Shown here in pieces: positions 34,108 to 41,131 of a stretch of 47,512 bases of DNA; the stretch's first letter is position 1, and each line of letters opens with the position of its first letter. This DNA is from Candidatus Woesearchaeota archaeon (GTDB lineage Archaea > Nanobdellota > Nanobdellia > Woesearchaeales > CG1-02-33-12), in assembly GCA_017610275.1 (NCBI GenBank), contig JAFCCI010000001.1, forward strand, positions 1 through 47,512, given 5' to 3'. A program made the translations under genes and the position numbers. The notes under the pieces were generated by a model. It made no database searches. It saw nothing but the letters and a program-made list of their open reading frames with translations, and was not told the origin of the DNA.

Positions 34108-35405
34108 AACAAAATCAAACTAAGAATTTATTAGTTAAAAATATTACTTTCCTTGATGAGAATTTTTCATTCAAAATTAATAAAAATATCTTAATAAACA
34201 AGGGCACTTTAAAACTGAAGTCTTCAAACAAATATTATAAAGACTGTGAAATTATAAATGGCAAGAACTTGATTGCAGTTCCCTCTTTTAATAATGCTCA
34301 TTTTCACCTAGGAGAAACAGTTTTTAGGGATCTAGCACCCCTTGATTCCTTACAGAACTACTTGCAGTATACAGATAAAAATTCGTTGTTAATCAATACA
34401 GATTTGGAATATAATACAATTTCTATGGTTTCATTAGCTGAACAGATTAAAAATGGAATCTCTCTTGTGAATTGTGCTAGAGGTTGGACTGCTGTAAAGC
34501 AATCTGGTATCAGGGGCTGCCTTGGCTACCCTTTGATGAAATCTAAAAAACTTAAAAAATTTTATGACTTATCTATTAAAAAAATAAAACTTGTGGGCAG
34601 ATATGATTCACAAACAAAAAATAACACCCAACATATATTGGCTGGGTTATGGATACATTCTCTTGAGAAAGTGGATAAAAAAATACTTAAAAAAATTGCT
34701 GAATTAAAATGCTTGGAAAATTTTAAGAATAGACCTTTAGCAATACATATTGCAGAAACAGAAGATATGACAAAGAGATTCAAAAATTCAAATAAAGTCT
34801 CAGAAATAACAATGCTTGAAAAATATGGTCTCTTGGGGCCAATGACTAATCTAATCCATTGTTGTTATGTATCACCTGAAGACCTTGAAATTATTGCAGG
34901 AACCAGGACAAACATAACGTTATGTCCACAATCAAATATAAACCTCAAGGAAGGAATCCCTTCAGCAAAGAAAATGGAAGAGCTTGGAATAAACCTTTCA
35001 ATAGGCACAGACGGTCTTGCAACAAACCCAACTCCATCACTTCTGAGCTCTTTGAGATATGCAAAATCACTCTGGGGAGATAAAATAGACAATAAAGCAC
35101 TATTCATGATGATAACTATAAATCCAGCAATTGCCTCTGGTTTTAGAAAAAAAGGGTTTATAAAGGAAAATTATCTTGCTGATCTTAACCTTTACTCAGT
35201 TAATAAGCCCTTCTCTGATCCAGATAAATTTATTCAATACTTAATTGATCAAAACCCAACACCTGTTTATCTCATAATAGATGGTAATATAATCATGAAA
35301 GAGGGCCATATAAAAACTTTTGATGAACAAAAAGAATATTTTAACTTTTATAAAATAAGAAAAAAACTAATCCAAAATGCAAAAAATAATCCAGCGCAAC
35401 TATGA
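34104..35405 (+). CDS. amidohydrolase-superfamily deaminase (MtaD/DadD/SsnA-like)
   Basis: 433 aa. Metal ligands NAHFHLGE (HxH), AIHIAET, LIHCCY and IGTDG. ATGA overlap with the preceding radical SAM gene. Confidence 0.8.
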   Translation: MKQNQTKNLLVKNITFLDENFSFKINKNILINKGTLKLKSSNKYYKDCEIINGKNLIAVPSFNNAHFHLGETVFRDLAPLDSLQNYLQYTDKNSLLINTDLEYNTISMVSLAEQIKNGISLVNCARGWTAVKQSGIRGCLGYPLMKSKKLKKFYDLSIKKIKLVGRYDSQTKNNTQHILAGLWIHSLEKVDKKILKKIAELKCLENFKNRPLAIHIAETEDMTKRFKNSNKVSEITMLEKYGLLGPMTNLIHCCYVSPEDLEIIAGTRTNITLCPQSNINLKEGIPSAKKMEELGINLSIGTDGLATNPTPSLLSSLRYAKSLWGDKIDNKALFMMITINPAIASGFRKKGFIKENYLADLNLYSVNKPFSDPDKFIQYLIDQNPTPVYLIIDGNIIMKEGHIKTFDEQKEYFNFYKIRKKLIQNAKNNPAQL

Positions 35406-37062
35406 GCTGAACAGTTCGGAACAGGGGGGCAAAGTTGACTTCTCTAGAAAAAAAACCGCAAAGTATACAGTTGGAATAGGCTTTGCTTCAGAATATAAAT
35501 ATGCAATGCACACAATAGGTTTTCAATATCTTTATTTTAAAACAAATGATCATAAAAACTTTGTTGGTTATAGATTTTACTATCCTGATGAGGATTTAGT
35601 AGAAGAATATAAATCAAGAAAAATACCTCTCCTCTCACAAGAATTCTCAGAACCAATTAATACTCTTGATATCCTATTATTTTCGTTCAACTATGAATTG
35701 AACTATCTGCATTTTTTTGAGATGATGAAACTGGCAGGAATTACAGCATTGAGAGAAAAACGAAAAGAAAAAGATCCCCTTATCATAGTGGGAGGGATGT
35801 GTCCAACATATAATCCAGATCCCATTTCACCATTTGCAGATGTGATAGTCATAGGTGAGGCTGAAAAAGTATATGACAAGATTCTAGATGCCTATGAAAA
35901 AAAAGACGGCCGAAATAATCGCCTCTCTTTCTTAATGGAAGTAAACTCATTTCAGGGGGTATATATCCCCTCTTTTGGAAAGGAAAAGATAGTGAAAAAA
36001 GCAAAAATAGCTGACCTTGAAAAAAACATCTTTCTTCCAATTATTTCAAGTAAAACATTGTTTTCAGATTTTGCATTCATAGAAATAGGAAGAGGCTGCG
36101 GCAGAGGATGCCGTTTCTGCATGCTCGGCACAATTTTCAGGAAACCAAGGTTCAGATCATCTGAAAAAATAATTACCCTTTCAAAACAAATAAGAAAATT
36201 TACAAATAAAATAAGATTGGTTGCATCTTCTGAAAATGAGCATCCCAATATAAAGAAAATATACTCCTCCTTGATTTATATGGGTTTTGAAATAGACCTT
36301 AGGTCACAGAGAGCGGATCTTTTAGATTATGAGCTTGGTGAATTTTATTTTGGGTTAAAGGCAAAAGAATTAGCAGTAGCCCCAGAAACAGCATCTTTAA
36401 GAATTAGGAAGATGATAAATAAGACAATCTCCAATGAAAACTTGTTTACAGCAGTTGACATTGTGAGGAAAAATAAAATCAAAAAATTAAAACTATTCTT
36501 TATAATTGGATTTCCTGGAGAGACAGATGAAGAATCTCTTGAACTAATCAGCCTTTCACAAAAAATCCTCAAAAAACTGAACAAAACGCCAGCAGATAAA
36601 CACATATTAGAACTAAACATAAATACCCATATCAAGAAACCACATACAATATATGAAAGAGAACCACAGCAAAGAATTGAAAATTACATGACTTTGATTC
36701 AAAAAATAAGGCAAGAATTCTTAGAATATCCTACTATAAAAATAGTCACTATGGCACCAGAATCCATTGCTTTGGAATCCATAATTGTGAGGGGCACAAG
36801 TGAAGATGGTTTAAAATTATACAGGTTGTACCTAAAAAAAGCTACACTTGATATAAGTTATAAGGACATCAAGAATTGGTTCAGCAACAAATGGGAAACC
36901 TATTTTAATTATAAAAACTCAAGCTTACCCTGGAAAAACATTAACATAGGCATATCACAGAAATATCTGGACAAAGAAGCAAAAAAAGCAGCTTTACAGC
37001 AACAAACACTGCCTTGTGAAGGAGGTAATTGCAACCATTGTGGGGTGTGCCAAAACATTTAG
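35377..37062 (+). CDS. radical SAM protein with an N-terminal B12-binding-like (Rossmann) domain, resembling the uncharacterised TIGR03960-type family
   Basis: 561 aa. Motifs DPLIIVGGMCPTYNPDPISPFADVIVIGEAE, then IEIGRGCGRGCRFCMLG, then C-terminal CEGGNCNHCGVC. Overlaps the amidohydrolase gene by 29 nt. Confidence 0.8.
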   Translation: MQKIIQRNYELNSSEQGGKVDFSRKKTAKYTVGIGFASEYKYAMHTIGFQYLYFKTNDHKNFVGYRFYYPDEDLVEEYKSRKIPLLSQEFSEPINTLDILLFSFNYELNYLHFFEMMKLAGITALREKRKEKDPLIIVGGMCPTYNPDPISPFADVIVIGEAEKVYDKILDAYEKKDGRNNRLSFLMEVNSFQGVYIPSFGKEKIVKKAKIADLEKNIFLPIISSKTLFSDFAFIEIGRGCGRGCRFCMLGTIFRKPRFRSSEKIITLSKQIRKFTNKIRLVASSENEHPNIKKIYSSLIYMGFEIDLRSQRADLLDYELGEFYFGLKAKELAVAPETASLRIRKMINKTISNENLFTAVDIVRKNKIKKLKLFFIIGFPGETDEESLELISLSQKILKKLNKTPADKHILELNINTHIKKPHTIYEREPQQRIENYMTLIQKIRQEFLEYPTIKIVTMAPESIALESIIVRGTSEDGLKLYRLYLKKATLDISYKDIKNWFSNKWETYFNYKNSSLPWKNINIGISQKYLDKEAKKAALQQQTLPCEGGNCNHCGVCQNI

Positions 37063-37114
37063 GTAAATTTTATAAATAAAACACTTAACCATATATCAAA
37101 ATAGGCTGATTATA

Positions 37115-37462
37115 TTGAACTATAAAGACATAAAAAAATTGATTGGGAAAGAAATCGAAGTAGTGATAGACCGTAAGCTAGGTTCAAAACATCCCAAGTG
37201 GGGATTTATCTATCCTATAAATTATGGTTATGTTCAGGGTATAAAGGCGCCAGATGGAGATGATCTCGATGCTTATGTTTTGGATGTGTTTAAACCGGTT
37301 GAGAAATTCAAGGGGGTTTGTATAGCAATTATCCACAGAGAAGATGATAATGATGACAAGCTTGTTGTTGTTCCTAAAGGCAAAGATCTTACAGATGAAG
37401 CTATACTCGCCTTGGTTAAGTTTCAGGAAAGGTTTTTTAAGCCAACAATAATCAGGAAATAA
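37115..37462 (+). CDS. N-terminally truncated family-I inorganic-pyrophosphatase-like protein
   Basis: 115 aa from a TTG start. YPINYGYVQGIKAPDGDDLDAYVL and EDDNDDKLVVVP match the YPxNYGxIPxT..DGDPxDxxV / D..D.K core of family I PPases, but the first ~40 residues of a normal PPase are absent. Confidence 0.55.
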   Translation: MNYKDIKKLIGKEIEVVIDRKLGSKHPKWGFIYPINYGYVQGIKAPDGDDLDAYVLDVFKPVEKFKGVCIAIIHREDDNDDKLVVVPKGKDLTDEAILALVKFQERFFKPTIIRK

Positions 37463-37530
37463 CACTATCTATCTAGGAATTAAATTTAGCCATAAATACA
37501 ACAGATGTTCTGCTCATAAAATAAAAAATC

Positions 37531-37739
37531 CGCCGGGACTGGGACTTTCACCAATGGTTGCGAACGAAGTGAGCTCGGTGGGCTTGCTGTTAAGCAATGC
37601 TCACCCTTGCGTATCAAATGAGCGTAACCATTTGTTTTGAACCCAGATATCCTTTCGGAAACTGGCTGTTTTGGGCAAATGCCTTAACAAACTTATTGCC
37701 GCTCAAGGCCAGCGCAATGCCAGATTATGCGATCCCGGC
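37531..37739 (-). tRNA. tRNA-Ser (anticodon UGA) with two introns: 34 nt at 37/38 (37668-37701) and 91 nt in the T-loop at 59/60
   Basis: Hand-folded. Acceptor GCCGGGA/TCCCGGC plus G73, 3-bp D-stem, anticodon stem CTGGC/GCCAG, loop CTTGAG|intron|A, 15-nt variable arm TTTCCGAAAGGATAT, T-stem CTGGG/CCCAG, T-loop TTCAAA|intron|T. The mature length is 84 nt. Confidence 0.85.
37545..37635 (-). other. 91-nt bulge-helix-bulge intron in the T-loop of tRNA-Ser
   Basis: hBHBh' layout: the T-stem, then bulge AG|T, the 4-bp helix TTCA/TGAA, bulge AA|A, and an outer helix CAAATGGTTACG/CGCAACCATTGG. The interior is a helix-hairpin-helix (GGTGAGC...GCCCACC around TTGCT-TAAC-AGCAA). Confidence 0.8.
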
Positions 37740-37763
37740 TTGGTAATTCAGAACTTCTCTTAA

Positions 37764-37771
37764 ATTTAAAT
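37764..37771 (-). promoter_or_regulatory. TATA box (ATTTAAAT) for tRNA-Ser
   Basis: The motif ends 25 nt upstream of tRNA position +1 (37739). Confidence 0.5.
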
Positions 37772-37781
37772 AACTTTTGCT

Positions 37782-37949
37782 TTACTGCATTTCAGGAGGA
37801 ATTAATATAGGTATTCCATCCTTTATAGGATAAATAGCCTTGCATTTTGTGCAGACTAACTTTTTCTTATCTTTGTTATACTTAAGGTTAGATTTGCATA
37901 CAGGGCATGCCAGTATTTTAAAGAGTTTTTTTGGAATTGGTTCTTTCAT
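37782..37949 (-). CDS. Trm112-family zinc-ribbon protein (methyltransferase activator)
   Basis: 55-aa ORF not in the track: MKEPIPKKLFKILACPVCKSNLKYNKDKKKLVCTKCKAIYPIKDGIPILIPPEMQ. It has the CPxC...CxxC plus YPIxDGIPxL signature of Trm112/UPF0434. Confidence 0.7.
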   Translation of the reverse strand: MKEPIPKKLFKILACPVCKSNLKYNKDKKKLVCTKCKAIYPIKDGIPILIPPEMQ

Positions 37950-38150
37950 TTGAATTATCCTAATAATATGATTTGTTTCTTTTAAAGCTTTCGCAATGTT
38001 TTAAAAATAATTTATCTGAAAAAATTGAATTCATTTTTAAATCTTTCTTAAAAACCGAAAGCTTTATATATAATGCATAAATACTATTTATAAACATTTG
38101 GTTTAAAAATTATTTTAACTGAAAGGTATTAAATTTTGGGGGTGCCTATT

Positions 38151-39074
38151 ATGCCTAATTATATAAAAAAATGCCCTGAATGCGGGAGCATAAACTTATT
38201 CTGGAATAAGGATAGGGGAGAAGTAATCTGCCGAGACTGTGGCCTAGTCATTGAAGATAAGATGATTGATTTCACACAGGAATGGCATGATTTTGATGGT
38301 GATTCATCTGAGAAGAAAAGAAGGGCTGGAGCTCCAATGACCTATACCCAGTTTGACCATGGTTTGGGTACAGATATTGGAAGAAAAGCAGACTTAAGTT
38401 CATTAAGTCAGAAAAACAGAAACAAATTCTTTAGATTGAGGAAATGGCAATATAGGATTTCAACTGCTATTGAGAGAAATCTTAAGCTTGCACTTGGGGA
38501 ACTTAAAAGAGTTGCCTCTTATCTCAAGCTTCCTGGTAGTGTTGAAGAGGAAGCAGCAAGGATTTACACTATGGCGGTCCAGAAGGGCCTTGTAAGGGGT
38601 CGTTCAATGGAATCTGTTGTTGCAGGGGCGCTCTATGCTGCATGCAGAAGGCATGAAGTTCCAAGAACACTTGATGAATTATCTGAGGCAAGTGGAATTG
38701 AGAAAAAGGAAATTGGAAGAACATACCGTTTTGTAACAAGAGAACTTGGAATAACAATACTTCCAAGCAACCCTGCTGATTACATAGCAAGATTTTCCTC
38801 AGCACTAAAGCTTTCTGCAGAGACACAGTCAAATGCAATTGAAATACTTGAGCAGGCCCAAAAAGCAGAGCTTACCTCTGGAAGAGGCCCAACAGGGATT
38901 GCAGCAGCATCATTATATGTTTCTGCATTACTGCATGGAGAAAAAAGGACTCAAAGGGAAGTTGCTGATGTTGCAGGTGTCACAGAAGTTACAATTAGAA
39001 ACAGATACAAGGAGTTGCTTGACAAGCTTAAGCTTGAGAAAGAAATCAAGAAATTAAAAAAGAAAAAAGACTAA
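38151..39074 (+). CDS. tfb: transcription initiation factor B (TFB/TFIIB)
   Basis: N-terminal Zn ribbon CPECGS...CRDCG, B-finger/linker, and two cyclin folds (RGRSMESVVAGALYAACR, GRGPTGIAAASLYVSA). The ATG at 38151 has a GGGGGTG SD. Confidence 0.95.
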   Translation: MPNYIKKCPECGSINLFWNKDRGEVICRDCGLVIEDKMIDFTQEWHDFDGDSSEKKRRAGAPMTYTQFDHGLGTDIGRKADLSSLSQKNRNKFFRLRKWQYRISTAIERNLKLALGELKRVASYLKLPGSVEEEAARIYTMAVQKGLVRGRSMESVVAGALYAACRRHEVPRTLDELSEASGIEKKEIGRTYRFVTRELGITILPSNPADYIARFSSALKLSAETQSNAIEILEQAQKAELTSGRGPTGIAAASLYVSALLHGEKRTQREVADVAGVTEVTIRNRYKELLDKLKLEKEIKKLKKKKD

Positions 39075-39367
39075 AATCTGAACAAAACTTTTTCGAAATC
39101 TTGTATTTTTTTGTTTTTTATTTTAATGCCCTCTTTTTTTAACAATTCTATTTTCTTTTTGATGCCTTTGCCATAACCACCAACAAATCCATTTGAGTTA
39201 ACAACCCTATAACAGGGTATTATTATTGGCCTTTTGTTATTATGCAACGCAGTTCCAACAGCCCTATAAGCCCTTATATTTAATTTTTCAGCTATGATTT
39301 TATATGTTGTTACTTTGCCTTTTGGAATCCTTTTTGTAAGTTTTAAAACCTTCTCGTTGAATTGCAT
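39071..39367 (-). CDS. ogt: MGMT/Ogt-family DNA-binding-domain protein (single domain, variant PCYRV active site)
   Basis: 98 aa. Motifs IPKGKVTTYKIIAEKL, AVGTALHNN, IIIPCYRVVNSNG. Canonical enzymes have PCHRV. Confidence 0.7.
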   Translation of the reverse strand: MQFNEKVLKLTKRIPKGKVTTYKIIAEKLNIRAYRAVGTALHNNKRPIIIPCYRVVNSNGFVGGYGKGIKKKIELLKKEGIKIKNKKIQDFEKVLFRF

Positions 39368-39369
39368 TT

Positions 39370-40605
39370 TTAGTTTAAAATATTTAGAATATTATTAAGG
39401 TTTTCTTTTGTCTGCTCTTTCTTATAGGTTTTTGCCAGGTTTATTATTTTGTTTTTATTGAGCTTAATTCTTTTTTGCTTTAATAATATCTCTGTATTAC
39501 AAGACATAAGGAACTGGCAGAACTGTGTTACATTTTTTGGCTTTTCTGTTATTTTGCAGCGTTCAAAGTCAATCAGAACAGGCTTTTTGTCAATTATAAC
39601 ATGCTTCAATGGGCGATGCATCTCCTCCTTATCAACCCTGAGCTTATCCATAAGGTAAAGCTGGTTAAAGACATTTTTTATTGTTTTAATGATATTTCTC
39701 TTGTTATTTTTTTCAATAAAATCAAGGATAAAATCTCCCTCAACAAATTCATAAGCAAAATAACCCTTGCCTGAGAAAAGCAGTTTAGGACCAATCTTAT
39801 GCTTGTTTAATATTTTAATCCATTTTGTTTCATTTGCAATTCTTCCACTTGCTTCACTTTCTGGCTTTTTTGTTTTTATAACAATTGTTTTCTTTTTCAG
39901 GCAGGCCTTGTAAAGAAGCCCGCGATTGCCTCTTGCAAATTTTTTTATGTTTTTCAAGCCCTTTTTTTCCAGTGTTTTTAACATACTTGGTTTTTTTATT
40001 AGATAAACAAACAAGGTTTCAAAAAACAATTTTTTTTCATCTATTTTCTTAAATTCAAAACAGTAATTCTTCAATAATTCATCAACTTTTTTCTTTTTTG
40101 TCAGTGAGCTGAAGACAATAAGAATTTTTCCGTTTTCTTTTAGATACTCGCTTGCCTCAGAAAGAAATCTTTCCAGGGCCTCATGGCCTTTTTTTCCGCC
40201 GTAAATGCTTTTGTCTTCTATGCATTTGTCTTGTGGAAGATATGGCGGGTTGAATATTATTAAGTCAAATAAAATCTTTTTTTCAAGAAAATCATGTATT
40301 TTTTCATTTTCTTTTAGAAAATTATTTTTAAATTGCTTTTTTGCTTGTATTTTTTTAAATAAATCAAACAAGCTGCTTTCAAAAAAACAAATATTTTTTA
40401 CATTCTGCTTAAATGCATTTTCCTTTGCTAGTTTGATTGCATCCCTGCTTATATCAATTCCAATCACCAACTTGGCTTTTTCTGAGGCTGCTATTGCCTG
40501 TATTCCAGAGCCTGTTCCAACATCCAGTACAAAACCATTGGAATATTTTTTTACATGCTCTGCCAGCAGAAAAGAATCTTCCATTGGCTCATAGATTTCA
40601 AACAT
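39370..40605 (-). CDS. fusion of a HemK/Mtq2-like N5-glutamine methyltransferase and a small protein-kinase-like domain
   Basis: N-terminal half: YEPMEDSFLL, SAM motif VLDVGTGSGIQAI, catalytic IIFNPPYLP. C-terminal half: G-loop-like ARGNRGLLYKA, VIKTKK Lys, IANE, YEFVEG hinge, and LIDFERC (DFG-equivalent), resembling Bud32/RIO/COG2112-type minimal kinases. Confidence 0.7.
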   Translation of the reverse strand: MFEIYEPMEDSFLLAEHVKKYSNGFVLDVGTGSGIQAIAASEKAKLVIGIDISRDAIKLAKENAFKQNVKNICFFESSLFDLFKKIQAKKQFKNNFLKENEKIHDFLEKKILFDLIIFNPPYLPQDKCIEDKSIYGGKKGHEALERFLSEASEYLKENGKILIVFSSLTKKKKVDELLKNYCFEFKKIDEKKLFFETLFVYLIKKPSMLKTLEKKGLKNIKKFARGNRGLLYKACLKKKTIVIKTKKPESEASGRIANETKWIKILNKHKIGPKLLFSGKGYFAYEFVEGDFILDFIEKNNKRNIIKTIKNVFNQLYLMDKLRVDKEEMHRPLKHVIIDKKPVLIDFERCKITEKPKNVTQFCQFLMSCNTEILLKQKRIKLNKNKIINLAKTYKKEQTKENLNNILNILN

Positions 40606-40672
40606 AATGATTAAGAATAAGAATTAGTTATTAAATCTTTTGTATAAATAAAAAATAAAAAATTAAGAAAAT

Positions 40673-40987
40673 TTATCTTCTTCTCTTTTTCTTGGCAGGC
40701 TTCTTTTTCTTTACTACTTTTTTCTTCTTAGGCTTAGCTTTCTTCTTCTTTTTCTTGTGTCCGCCTCTAGCCATCTTTGCCCTTGAAACGTCACCTTTCT
40801 TGTCAATGAAGTAAAGGTATCCTGATACTTTTTTGACTCCTACCTTTTCTACTTTCTCCTTCTTCTTCCTTCCTTTCTTCCTTCCGCCTCGAGCCATCTC
40901 TACTCTGGATATATCTCCTGCCTTATCAATAAAGTACAGATATCCGGCTTTTTTCTTAATTCCTACTTTTGCTACTTTTTCAGCCAT
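40673..40987 (-). CDS. 104-aa basic protein: two tandem ~40-aa GYLYFIDK-GD-SR repeats plus a lysine-rich tail
   Basis: The ATG at 40987 has a strong GGAGGT SD 7 nt upstream, so I prefer it to the track start at 41029. Repeats: VAKVGIKKKAGYLYFIDKAGDISRVEMARGG and VEKVGVKKVSGYLYFIDKKGDVSRAKMARGG. Tail: KKKKKKAKPKKKKVVKKKKPAKKKRRR. Confidence 0.65.
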   Translation of the reverse strand: MAEKVAKVGIKKKAGYLYFIDKAGDISRVEMARGGRKKGRKKKEKVEKVGVKKVSGYLYFIDKKGDVSRAKMARGGHKKKKKKAKPKKKKVVKKKKPAKKKRRR

Positions 40988-41131
40988 TTTTTGACCTCCT
41001 TTTTGTTTTAGAATACTCCCCCAAACCAAATAGGGTAATTGATTTATTGACGAGCTAGTATTTAAACTTTGCTGTTTTTCATGACGGTTTATTGACGAAA
41101 AAATAAGAAATTAGTATACTGATTTAGTTAT

